From the human T2T-CHM13v2.0 reference genome, Homo sapiens: a DNA stretch of 64,000 nucleotides. The position numbers were made by a program, and so were the translations under genes. Below are positions 1 to 11,979 of the stretch, piece after piece. Numbering within the stretch: position 1 is the first letter of the stretch; the number at the start of each line of letters is the position of its first letter. Location of the stretch: NCBI RefSeq assembly GCF_009914755.1, contig NC_060929.1; one strand, 5' to 3'. The notes beneath the pieces are model-generated. The model was not told the origin of the DNA. It worked only from the letters and a program-made list of their open reading frames with translations, and did not search any database.

Positions 1-1510
1 TGAGACGGTCCAAAAGGAGAAAATAGTTCAGGTGGGGAAGAACCCACGCAGAGAAACTAATGGTGCAATCATAGAAAAATAAGGATTCCGGCTAGAGACA
101 ACACTATAATTCCTAAGAATGTCTTAAGGGGTGGCCAATTAGAAACACACAAAGAACTTGGTTTCATGGGGAGTGTGGCTGACCCAATTGGGGACAGTTG
201 TAGATAAAGTCACATTTTGAAGCAGCCTATAGTCTAGCAAGCTTTCTTTGGAAGAGATGTGTTTTTGTGCCCACGTTATCATAGGAGGTAAATAATTCTG
301 CTTAAAGAGTGAAAAATACTCTAAAATGGAGGTACAGTCACTAGTGATATGTAATAGCCATGAGAGGCGATTGAGGTCTATTAAAGCAATGGGAAAAGAT
401 CACTATCTTAAAACCTTGATTCTTATTCTATCCCAGAGTTTCTATTATTTAATAGAAAAAAAAACTATACTCTTCATCTCACTCATCTGGTTACTTTGAG
501 GACAAGATAAGATTTTATGATAATCCTCCAAAAATAAATAGGACTTGAAAGATAGAGTTGAAACAGTGGACAATTAAAGAGTAATTTGGAAGAATGGTGA
601 AATTACAGCCATGCTTTGAATCAGGCGGGTTCACTGGCACATTCCCACAAAGATGTGGTTAAGGCACAAAGGCTACATAAACCTTTATGTGGGCTGCATT
701 TAAGTTGCACATCTTTGCTTCAGTACTTTGCAGCTTGCTGGAAAATGTTAAACCTATCTTTCCCTTTTCTCTTACTTTTGCCCATAGTATCCTCCTCTGC
801 TTGGCGAACTCCAGTTCATCCTTTTAACTCAAATGGATGGAACCTCCTTTGTGAAATCTTCCCCATTTTCCCAGGGAATGTGAGCTACTTCTTTTCTCTC
901 CTCCCAGACTATTTGTGCATACATTTTTTATTGCATGTATCACAGTGCCACACAATTATTTCCTTACACTCAAAAAGAAGATGCTTTCTTCTGAGTAAGC
1001 AGAGTAGGGGCTTGGAGGAAAAGAGAAGAGTACACAAGAAAACTGGGTTAGAAGATTTTTTAAAACTTCACAACTTTCTCTGGAGTTAGTTTCCTTACCT
1101 TCAGCTGGGCAGAAACAAAAATAGAAGGCATGCACAGAGGTATTTTTGGCATGCAGCTACAGTAACAGCTATCTCTACTTCATGTGATTTATGGAGTTTG
1201 GGGGTTTTTGGGTCTGGGAGGATTCATCAATTTAGATGTAGCTACAATTATTTTAGAATATATTTAGCCATTGAGTAATGGACTAGTTATTAGGAGCTTC
1301 TAGATTCCAATGTGTTTTATTGGCCCCAAATTGGAAACATGCAAGAGATAGCTTGAAAAGGAAATGACCCAATTATCTATTGGCCCAAATAAGACAGCAA
1401 AGTTAGTTATCTTGCTAATTTCTAAACATCATCACACTATGAAATAAGGCAGAGAGGAAAAAAAGCCCTATTCAATTTCATTAGTAACAAAATGATGAAT
1501 TGATTTTCAA

Positions 1511-1936
1511 TGCAAAGGACCCCAGGGTTGCAAGTCACATAACCTGAGCATGCCCACATAAACCAAGTGTTCCCAATTCATGACCCCGGAGCCAACCACA
1601 GCAGAATGTAAGTACTCAGATTGAAGAATGGGAATGGAATTAAGAAGTGAGGGGTACTGTGTTTTGCTGCAGTATGGATTTAAGAGCCAAGGACCCAGCA
1701 TCACCTCTTTGCATGACCCAATCAGATCATGCCTCCTTGCATTGTTCTGTCTCTCTCACAGTTATCCTCTGCCTATAAACCCTCCCTCCAGACCCCAGCC
1801 TGGGGAGACAGATTTGAGCATTGCATCCTATCACCTTGCCAGTCAACTTGCAATAAAGCTTTCTCATTTTTCAAAAGCCAGTGCCATAGAATTGTTTTCT
1901 AAACACATTGGGCGGTGAGCTCACTGATAGGATGCA
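1511..1936 (+). mobile_element. Solo LTR, ERV1/MER4-group-like (MER66/MER73-type; subfamily uncertain)
   Basis: Starts TG; CTGAGCATGCCC and GGGGAGACAGATTTGAGC motifs typical of MER4-group LTRs; TATAAA at 1774-1779 then AATAAA at 1852-1857; ~430 bp. Confidence 0.65.
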
Positions 1937-2964
1937 AGTTGCCTAAGATTTCAGGGGTGCCCCACTCTCCATTCCTCCCCAAAAGTAAACACTGAGACAG
2001 TGGTCACTCTGCATTGTTTCTACCATTAGAGTCTCTCGTCTCTTAAGTTTAGATGGTTCTAGAAAGTGGATCATGCTGAGAGAGTGGGACCTCCATGTAG
2101 AATTTTAAATTTTGTATTATTTTTTAAATTTTAGCATTTTTATGTTTTGCAGGGGAAGTACAGAAATGAAAGATTGAGGATAAAAGTGAATGAATAGTTA
2201 ATGGATATGGCCTCTGTAGATAGAAGAAAGTGATCATCGAGGACCCAGAGAACTGCTGAATGAGTTTGCTCTGATCCATTGAGACAAGAAGAAAGGAAGT
2301 CAAGATGAATGTGGATGCAGAGAGCATTTTGGGTGGCTGGGGCATGATGTCAAGAAACTTCTCTATTGATGATCTCTAAATTTCCTATGAACTAGGAAGT
2401 GAAATCATATATCAAGAGAGTGGGAAAAATGTCTTGAGGACATGGTAAAAAGATTAAACCCCTTCTCCTTCCCATCCATGATGCTGGAGGATATGCAGGC
2501 TGCAGGATGGCTTAGTGGAGACTTGAGGTCATAAATCTGTAGTGGTACCAAGTTTCACACTTTTTGGTTGTTAAGTAGTCCATATAAAAAATGTGGATGG
2601 CTAAAAAGATTTGCCAGGTGGGTACAGGGAAAGGACAATGGGATAAAGGAATAGGGAGGACTAGCAAGGGAGTGACTGATGTGTTGACTCTCGGAGTTAG
2701 GCTGGATAGGAAAAGAGGCTGAGTGGAAGAAATGCAAATCTAGATCAGATAAAAGAAGATTGTGGGGATCAAGGGTGGGAGGTTGTAGTTGGGGTATAGA
2801 ATGTCAGAGATACAGATAATAAAGGTAGAGGTGGCTCTGAGGGTGCTGCTACAGAGTGCAGCCGGGGACAAGGGAGACTAAAATCAAGCAATGGTGAAAG
2901 TTACTGGGGTTGAGGTTTCAAACACCATGACATCCTGGGTGACTCTCACAGCAATCATGCAGAT

Positions 2965-3075
2965 GGAGCTTCTCCTTCTATCTCACACAGTAGAAGCTAA
3001 GTCTCATTAAGGTTTTGTGCTTTGCCCAGAGTCATCCAGCTTACACAAGGCAGTTCCAGTATTAGAATTCTCAAT
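2965..3075 (-). mobile_element. MIR SINE fragment
   Basis: Degenerate MIR core (...tgctttgcccagagtcatccagct...). Confidence 0.5.
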
Positions 3076-3411
3076 TGGTGGTAACAAATATCACTATCCA
3101 TGGGCATTCAGAGATAGTTTCTGATTATTTGGGGATGGGAGAGGTTGGGTGTCTACAAACCCTTTTAATCCTTTAAATTCTAGTTTAGTTGCATTACTGC
3201 AGAATCCAGAGGTATTTAGAAAGTACCTATCTTTGTCCTTCTTTCCACTGAATGACACCACCAACGACTGACCCTGCCAGTCCTGAAACCCTTTAAATCT
3301 ACCTACATGACTCACCTTCCTTCACTCCCTCCATCCCCTCAATCTCCAGGCTTTTATAAGTCTTGAATGCATATTCTCCTTTCCATCCACATAGTTTAGG
3401 CCCTCAGCATC

Positions 3412-4038
3412 TGTATTAGTTTTCTACTATTGCCATAGCAAATGATCACAAATTTAGGGGTTTAAAATAACACAAATGTATTACTTTACAGTTCTGTAGG
3501 CCATAAATCAGTATTAGTCTCACCAGGATAAAATTAAGGTGTCAGTAGAGCTCAATCACTTTCTGAAGACTCTAAGGGAGGATCCATTTCCTTGCTCATT
3601 TAGGTTATTGGCAGAATTCAGTTTCTGCTGTTGTAGGACTGTGGAAGAAAAACAAGTCTAGACCAGATAAAGAAAGTGAATTTTTTGTTGGCTGTCAGCT
3701 AAGGTCCTTTCCCAGCTCCTGGAGGTTATCCACAGTCCTTGGTTCGTGGTTCAGGTTGAGTCCCTCTCACACTTTGAATCTCTTTGACCCACTCTTCTTC
3801 CATTTTAGGGGATTCATGTGATTAGATTGGGCTCACTGAAATAATCCAGGATAATCCCCCATCTCAATGGCATCAATCTTAATCACACCTGCAAAATTTC
3901 TTTATTCTTTTTTTTCCCATGACCGAATGAGAAGGTAACACCTGCAAAAATTCTTTTGCCATGTAAGATAACATATTTACAGGTTCCAGGGATTAAGAAG
4001 TGGACCTCTTTCTGTAACTCTACTCATTCTGCCTACTG
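3412..4038 (-). mobile_element. MaLR solo LTR, MLT1D/MLT1E-like
   Basis: TGTATTAGTTTT start; ATTAGATTGGGCTCAC...ATAATCCAGGATAATC; CTTTTGCCATGTAAG...ACAGGTTCCAGGGATTA; ends CATTCTGCCTAC. Confidence 0.8.
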
Positions 4039-5159
4039 AAGTATCTCACCGACATATTTCAATATTTCCTAAGCAAGTTTCTTGGTTCTGGGATCTTCTA
4101 TGTTTCCAGATTAAACTTTCTAGAACCACACCTGACATATCTCCTGTGCTTAAAACCCTTCTGGCTTCCTACCAATCAAAGGTCAAATTAATGTTGTTTA
4201 GTTTCTATAGGAAAACAGCCCTTGAGTTTGGTCCTGTTTTACTGTTTTAGCTTTATTCCGGCCACCATTCCACTTCTCCTCCATCCTTATTCAGGCTTGA
4301 AAAAGTTTACTGTGATTCTTCTTCACTTATAAGCTGCCTTTGAAGCTCCCATTTCTTCTTCCAAACCCAGCTCAGACATCACCTACACCAGGAAGATCTC
4401 CCTGACGCCCTTCCCCAAAGTTATAACCACAGGACAAGGTCCTCTTTTAAAAACCTCCGTACCTTGTGTATGTTTCTATCTTTTGCATTAAACCCAAATG
4501 TGTTGTGATTTTGTCTATTTCACCTATCAAGAGTTTACTTTCCTCTCTCCAAGCCAAACTCAGCCATTTCCCAAACGTGTAACTTTCTTTGGGAAGGCTA
4601 TTTACTTCACGATGTCTCCCTTTCCCTTTGTAAAACAGGGATAGCGACAGGATCTATATCATAGATTGTTGTAAGGAGTAGAACGGTGACCTACACATAT
4701 TAAGTTTTACTAGTATTATTAATATTTCCAGCCCTCTGCGCCCCGCTGCCATGTACTAGGTGCTTAATGGATGTTTATTGTATGGATGGATTCATCGTAC
4801 TCCCACCAAGGTCCCTCGCCCTTGAAAATGGCTACCCCGGGCCAGGGCTCCTCAACAGACTGAAGGTCCAGATCCTACTCCATCCTGGCGGTCTCGGGTG
4901 GCCCCTGAGGAGGGCAAGCCTTCTGCTCCACAGGCAAGGACAGTCACAGCTAAGTCCGCGGGGGGCGGCGGAGAGCGAGGGCTTTCCAGGAGCCAATGAG
5001 TCTTTAACTCCAAGAGGAAGCCCTGCATTCTCCGCAAATGGAAACCAGGAATCGGGAGCGCGTCAGCTATCGTAGGGTAGACTTAAGGCCCGCAGAAAAT
5101 TAAAAGCAAAAGAGCAGGCGGAATTCAGGGGCTTTCACGGATCATCATCATAATAGTCA

Positions 5160-5310
5160 ATAATGATGGCAGCAGACACTAACATTCACGCGTTCTTGTT
5201 AAGTGCAAGGCACAGTGCAAATGTGTATGGCCCCATTTAACCATCTCAACACACTACGAGGTTGGCGTCTCATTTTTACAACGGAAGAAACTGAGAGGCT
5301 CAGGAATACC
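5160..5310 (-). mobile_element. MIR fragment embedded in the promoter
   Basis: CTCATTTTTACAACGGAAGAAACTGAGAGGCTCAG resembles MIR core CCCATTTTACAGATGAGGAAACTGAGGCTCAG. Confidence 0.6.
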
Positions 5311-5604
5311 GTATCCTATGCACATCTCCCAAGAGGGTCCTGTTCTCCAGCGCCCAGCGATCTGGGCCTCGCGGTCCGAGTCCGGCTCCAGGGCCGCCGC
5401 CCAGCCCTTCTCCGCGCTCTCCTGCGCCTGGGCCACTTCCGACTCCTGCTGTCCGGTCCCCAGCTCCTCCTCACCCACTCCGCCCCGCCATGCCCCGCCC
5501 CAGCCGCTCGGCTCCTCCTTCCCTGCACGCTCCGCCCCCGACCTCCCGGCTCCTCCCCGGCCTGCCCGCCACACCCTTGGTCCCTCCTGCAAGTTCCGCC
5601 CCTG

Positions 5605-5755
5605 GCCTCTGCCTCCTTTTCTCCCGCCGGCTCTAACCCGCGCTTGGCTAAGGTCCGCGGGAACCCGTGAGCCACCGAGAGAGCAGAGAACTCGGCGCCG
5701 CCAAACAGCCCAGCTCGCGCTTCAGCGTCCCGGCGCCGTCGCGCCACTCCTCCGA
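5605..5755 (+). other. TNFAIP8: First exon (5' UTR plus the A of a split ATG) of TNFAIP8, distal promoter isoform; start coordinate approximate
   Basis: ATG-free GC-rich segment ending CTCCTCCGA, followed by donor GTAAGT (5756-5761). Matches my recollection of the TNFAIP8 mRNA ...CCACTCCTCCGA-TGGCCACAGATG (MATDVFNSK...). Exon 2 is outside the window. Confidence 0.8.
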
Positions 5756-6282
5756 GTAAGTGGCTCCTGGGCGCGCCCGTCCCGCGCACACTCCAGCGCG
5801 CCTCTCCCGCCGCTGGGCTGCGGGCTGCTCTCGGGGAGCGCCTCCGGCTCAGAGAGTTTCTGAAGCGAGTGTGAGTGAGTGTGAGTGGGTGCGTTTGAAC
5901 AACTTGTTTAGGTGGGTGTGCGTACGAGTGTGTGCAGGAGCGCACAGCCTCGGAAACTCCGCGAAATTTTACTCGGTTCCAGTGCCGCACTGAGGATCCA
6001 AGACCCCTTTTAGGAACCCTTACCTATTCAGGGCGACCTCTTAACCACCTCCTGCCGTGAGCCTCATTCCTTCCCTCCCTTTGTAACTGGGTTCCCGCTA
6101 TTTGTCACGTCCTCCTGTAACCGCACATACTGGCGAAAGCACTGCCCGGGTTATCAGGGTGCCCCAGATTGCAGATTGAGATGCTGGCCTGAGATTGTAA
6201 TCCAACCTTGCATTGTAAAACGGGCAGAGACCAGAGCCCTGCTTTGAGATCATTCGGTGGAGACTTCCTTTGAGGAAGAAAA

Positions 6283-6313
6283 TGTGTGTGTGTGTGTGTA
6301 TGTGTGTGTGTGT
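6283..6313. repeat. (TG)n microsatellite, interrupted
   Basis: Direct reading. Confidence 0.95.
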
Positions 6314-7277
6314 ACATGACTGCACATGTCGCACTGGAGCCCTCAGCACCTGCTGCAAAGACACCTGATGAGCGCCCAGGCTCCACGGACTCCTCGCGAC
6401 TGATAGGCACGTTCAAGACCAGGCTGACCCAACAGGCTTAGGCACCTTGAATATGTTTATTGCTTCAGTGACACTGTATTTCTAAACCAACAGATTTTCG
6501 AAAACACAGAAGCTCTATGTAGAAAAAGTAGTATCCCTAGAGGAATCATGGAAGGAATCAAACAGTAGTTCAGTGCCCAGTGTTGAAACAAGAAAATCCT
6601 TGGATTGCTTAAGACTGATAATTCCATCCCTACATAATTATTTTTATGGGGGGAGGTGGGGGTCAGTACTCCCTCAATGCAGGACATATTTCTACATTTA
6701 AAAAGTTAATTGGAAGCTATGGTATCATAACAGCAGTATTGTACAAATAGTTTCTTCATCTATAAAATGATTGCCTGGTTGCTGGGGTCCTATCTAATTT
6801 TAATAGTCTCTCCGAGTTCTACATTTCAGTTTATTCTTGCTACTTTCTTGCTATGAAAGTAAAATATTCTCCTACTTCCTTGATAATAATCCATTTATGA
6901 AATGTTCAAAATCACATTCTGAGTAGAAATTATTCTTCGAGGGTAAGGATAACAAAGCTGTGTGGCCAAAGGAAATAACCAAAAAGGGTAGGCTTTAAGA
7001 AGCCATTGTGCGTTGGCACATGAAAGGTAAGAGTTGATAAATCACTGTAAGTGCTGCTTATCGCAGCCGATATTTTTATCCTGGTTTGAATCCTGTATTA
7101 CACAGAAGTGTTTCCACACTGTTTTAACTAAGGAAACATTATACTTTGCAGTGTAAACATATGACTCCATCTCTCTTTAAGGAAAGAAATAATTATCACG
7201 TTTGATGAAACACTTAGACACGTTTATTGCCACCGTCTAATTAGATCTGTCATGAGCAGTTAAGTCAGCAAGCTATG

Positions 7278-7395
7278 GTTGTTGTTGTTTTTAGAGACAG
7301 GGTCTTGCTATGTTGTCCAAGGTGGTCTTGAACTCCTGGGCTCAAGTGATCCTCCTGCCTCAGCCTCCTGAGTAACTGGGACTACAGGGGCCCAC
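7278..7395 (-). mobile_element. Alu monomer (FLAM-like) fragment
   Basis: AGAGACAGGGTCTTGCTATGTTG...CTCAAGTGATCCTCCTGCCTCAGCCTCC. Confidence 0.85.
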
Positions 7396-9944
7396 AAGTA
7401 ATTGTTAATATTCTAGCTAGTAACACAATTTGCTTTTTTGCAGATTTTTTGGATGCCTTTTGTCCTCCATACACATTAATTGCCTCTGGCATTCACTGCC
7501 CATCTTTTCAGTTTTTACTTGTAATCTGAGTAAATAAAGTTTAGGGAAGTAGACTACCACCTACTCCTCTGTAAAATATGAATCCCTTAGATATTGAATG
7601 TGTTGTGTTAAGCTCTTTGGATTGACATATGTAGACTTTATAAACCATTATATTAATCTAGATTATGTGATGATTTAAGAATTATTAATAAATCAGTGAA
7701 TAAAACAAGGTTCTACCAAAAGCATAGTGATCCTGCACAAATGGGCCTTTTAAACACTTTCTTTAAGGGCAACTTTTACTCCGTGTACCTTTTGTTCCAG
7801 TGTGTTTAAACTCACCAAGAAAAGTTGGTGTGAGTTGAGAAATCTCATGTTTGTTGTCTCTTAATTTTCTATTTCAGACTATATTGCTAGACATAGTCTT
7901 TGTTTACGTGTTGAGCTGTCGTGAGGACAGGCTGTCCTGGGATCCTAAACAGAATAGCAGAAACCTGGGGGTGAACACACTGCAGAGGCCAGGAACAGAG
8001 TATTTTATGAGGCCAGTTCTTTGCAATTCTCGTTCTGTTGAAATGGAGGAAAGGGTGTGTGGAGAGGAATGATTGCATCCAAACAGTACTAATTAGGAAA
8101 TGCTGAGTTGGGGGAGGAGTGGATTTCTATGTGACTTACGGCTTGGAGAACTTCACAGAGGTGATCTTTAAAGTTGAGTCTGCCACAGTGCCAGGCACTG
8201 CAGAGGTCTCATATTTAATTGATCCAATTAATCCTCTTTTGCAGAAGATAGCCCAATGTGGTAGTAACACCCTTCCTGGAGATTTCATTCATTCTCAGAA
8301 TTGAGCTTTGATCTACCTCATGTAGAATGGTCCATTCCTCACTGCCTCCATTTATGCGTGATAGCAGTTGAAGGGGCTGAAAATGGGATAACCTCCAGGA
8401 GACGGGAGAAGCAGTGATGATAAATAAGGGCCACCTGCTTTTTCACAGAGGGGAAGGGCATAGGGGCTATTAGTACAATTCCAGTGCCAGGGGCGTTGAC
8501 TTTGGCAATGGCGACATGCACAGGGGCCAATCTGGATAACAAAGTGGACAATTTTCCCTGCTTTGGCATTCTCAGGGATCTCTGGCTCTGATACAGAAGT
8601 TAAGGGAAGGAGTTGTGTGGTGCCAGATTAACTTTTATCACCTCACCCCTCCTCACACTGCCCACATCCTGCATTTAATACCAAATGCACACAGCAAGAA
8701 CTCAACAAACACTGAAAAGGCCCTCGTAACACCCAACCTTTATGTTTCCCTCTGGCTAAGAATTTTCTTCCCATACTCTTGTCTCTGGTTTTGATGACTG
8801 TGGCCCTGGAGTCTGAGCCAACTGCAGTTTCTAGGCTTCTATACTTCAGTTGTGCTGCCCAGTAGCTGAAAATGAATAATTTGTAGAGGGTAAAAAACAA
8901 AAACAGAGAACCATGTTGCAAAATGTAAAGGAGGTCAGTTCATTTTTAGCCTACATTTTGGCCTGAAGAGGAGGAAATGAGCTACAAGTGGAGGGTAGAT
9001 AATTCTAGAATAGCAGAGCCAAGGGGTATCTTGGAAACCACCTGGTCTATGGCCTTACACCATATGGTTGCTATTCCTCAACTTTGGAGGTGTCCATCTC
9101 CTTAAGTCCAGCTTGCAGGAGGAGAGCACCATTCATTCACACAGCAGGCATTTATTGAGCTCCTGCTATGTGCCTGGTACAGCACACCCTTCTCATGTTT
9201 ACATGAAATCCTTGGGATTTGAGAAGGCAGGTAACTTGCGTAAAGATGTCTGTTGATAAGAAGGAGTCCCTGAAGGTAAGTTGCTAGTGGCAAAAATGGG
9301 TTTGGAATTCTGTTGTGTTTCACAAGGACAGTAGAATGATATTCAAAATATTTGTCTTTCTCAACAATAAGAAACTCAAAAGAAGCACATTTCTGCCAAC
9401 ATCTGTTTCAAATAACCAGTGGTATTACTGAAACAAACCTGATTCCATAGGATTTTGTTTTACATCAGACATAAGTTACCTGAGAATTGTTTGAAAATGT
9501 CACAGGCTCAGCAATAATCAAATAATACCCAGCCCATCCTTTTAGACAGCAGTTGTTTTTTCTCTGGAAGCAAGTGTTTATGGTTCAGAACTAAGGTAGC
9601 TGAGGTTCAGAACCAGCTGCAAAGCTGGGTGTGTGCCAAAAAGGTTGTTTTCCTAGGCTTGCCCTTTTCCGTATAGGACAAGGGGGATTAAAAACCAACA
9701 TGGTGATGTTTCTGTCAAGGTGACGGGGGGCTAGGTGTACAGATCTTTTCCACTAAAAACAAGGGTTGCGGGCAGGTGGTCACAGGATTGAGACTCCAGG
9801 CTAACTCGTAAACACCTCTGGGTTCGTTTCTTTAATAACAGAATGGAATTAAGTTCAAAATTCCACTTGTAGTTTCCTTAAACATTGGGAATAAAGATGA
9901 CTTTAGTCAAGAAGTAGTTGGTCCAAATGACTTTGCTGGAATCA

Positions 9945-10120
9945 GCAGCTCATGTCTCAGCCCCTGCTGGCTGTGTGGCTTTGGACAATCTACTTAGCTC
10001 TCTGAGCCTGTTTCTTCACCAGAGTAAAAACTGGGGATAGTATTTATATTATAGGATTGTTGTGCAGATTAAGCCAGATGTTCCTCTCCTGTATCAGTGT
10101 GCAGAAGGCACCCATTAAGT
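9945..10120 (+). mobile_element. MIR SINE
   Basis: GCTGTGTGGCTTTGGACAATCTACTTAGCTCTCTGAGCCTGTTTCTTCA core. Confidence 0.7.
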
Positions 10121-11931
10121 GGAGGACTTAGTTAGATTGGCCAAATAGGTCTCATTCCAGTAAGTGTTAGTACTGAGCCACAGTGGAGTAGAGAGGGAAA
10201 GTAGTAACTTGTGTCATATGTGATTTTAGCATGAATTCTTTTTTCCTTTAACAATGCCAGAGGAGCCCAGAGAATGGGGTGAATGTAGCACAACTTCAGT
10301 GATTGCTAGCTGCAGGGTCACATGATTATATAAGGGAAATGTCACCGCTGCTGCCAAAGATAAGTGAGCCAGAGCAGGGCATTCGAGTTTTATGTGCCTG
10401 AGAACGAAGACGAGCCATAGTACCCATTAAGCTTCTCTGCATGAGGGAAGCTTTCAAAAGACCTATTACAGTTAAATTGTGAGCAGTGGGTTGGCCTTTC
10501 ACAACTCCCATGTTTAAAACAGGTAGTGAATGAAACCAGATTATTTAAGACAGACAGCTGCCCTTGGTGTTGCAAAGGGAATCGGGCTGGCATGTCTTCA
10601 GGGGAAGTTGCGTGAGGTCCGGGAGGCCCAGGGCAGGGACCGCATCTGCAGGATTAGGCACCGGGGCAAGGTCTTTTGGGAACACAGTACTCAGCAAGGC
10701 ACACAGTAGACTCTTGGATATTTTAAAGGAGCCAAAAAGTAAGCAACAGCTCACTCTGTCAATACCCTCTCTAAGCCTGGCTCTTACTCCTTCAACCCAA
10801 ATTCATTTAGCTCAAGCCTTCCTCATTCCTAACTCTTATTTATTACTCTTATTTATCATTTGTTTAACAAAATGAGGTTTTTTGTTTGTTTGTTTGTTTG
10901 GTTTTACAACATGGCTGTCAACAAAAATAGGGGAGACAGAGATTGTGGTGTGTGCTATGTAGACCTAACTACACTCGTCTTTCCTGTCCTGAGCTCTCTT
11001 CTGACTGTGTTCAGACCCTCACACACATGCAGACACGAAAAAAAATGCCAGTCTTCTGAGAAAAAAATGCATGGACAGTGTTGGCAACAGTGCAAGTTTC
11101 AGAACAAACTTTGGTCACGTAAATCTTTGGGAAGTAAGTCCAGTACCTCATTCCATCATTCTGTGGTCAGGAAACTACTCTTTTATTTTTCCTTCTTCAC
11201 TCTTTAAAGGGTTGAGATTGTTTTCTGGAAAATGGCAGGTGTTTGGTTAAATACTGTTTTGCTACACTTGAAGGGCAGAGCAGTCCTCACTTAGTGATGG
11301 AATTCCTTTTGCCTTGAGGCAGAATTAGGCTGCTAGTGACTCATGAGGTATACCTGGAAGAGGTGAGTGAACTCAGGCCTTCCCAACATCCGGTGATGAC
11401 CTCTGTTTGCACACACGTAGCCACTTTGCTCCTTTGCTTTTATGACCTGGAATGACTGATAGTGCCTGAAGGAACAGGCTGCTATTACTTTTCAAGGTAA
11501 GAGACCCTGTGTAAATAGGGAGCCTCCTGAGGAAGCAAGGATTCCCTGCCCTGTGTACCTGTGGTGCTTATCACCTCCCTGGCAGGGAAGCTCTGCCCAG
11601 GTAGGGTAGTTTGAGAACATCATTATCTGGGCAGCTACAAAAGTGATACACCAAATGAAACTTTGAACTTATCCAATGTGCTGTATTTTAGGGCTCATCT
11701 GGGACTATTCCTGTGAACCTGACTGTTAAGTCAGAATCACCAGTGAAGCTTGATGCAAATTGAGAACCCCTAGCCTGGGAGACTTATGTGACTCATTTTC
11801 CTGTCTTGTTCTAGAAAGAAGCTTATTCAGGCAGCAGCTAGCTGTAGGGATTTTTTTTTAATTTTTTTTTTTTTTTTGGCAGTGGAAAGAGCTCTTGAAA
11901 GTACAGAGTGGCTTTAAAGTTTAAAGAAGAT

Positions 11932-11979
11932 TAAAATGAACACAACATATAAAATAAACACAACATATAAAATGAACAC
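11932..11979. repeat. 18-bp tandem repeat, ~2.7 copies (TAAAATRAACACAACATA)
   Basis: Units at 11932-11949 and 11950-11967, partial at 11968-11979. Confidence 0.9.

Larger units (their letters stand above)
4950..6000 (+). promoter_or_regulatory. TNFAIP8: CpG-island, TATA-less promoter of the distal TNFAIP8 first exon
   Basis: Only CpG-dense non-repeat region in the window; GC boxes at 4962-4968, 5480-5486, 5495-5501, 5532-5538, 5596-5602; CCAAT 4993-4997; ETS CACTTCCG 5434-5441; followed by a consensus splice donor. Confidence 0.85.

Noticed and set aside
616-1089. 157-aa ORF
   Set aside because: Non-ATG start, no recognisable domain, overlaps probable degenerate L2-like sequence
5203-5993. 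Overlapping 112-224 aa ORFs on both strands
   Set aside because: Low-complexity Arg/Pro/Ala/Gly translations expected in a stop-poor CpG island; several run across the splice donor and resemble no protein family I recognise
9270-9281. Strong donor AAG|GTAAGT (similar at ~11496)
   Set aside because: No convincing paired acceptor or promoter seen; consensus donors occur by chance in long introns
11570-11592. CCTGGCAGGGAAG resembling the U1 snRNA 5' region
   Set aside because: Similarity stops after ~11 nt; no rest of U1, tail or TSD
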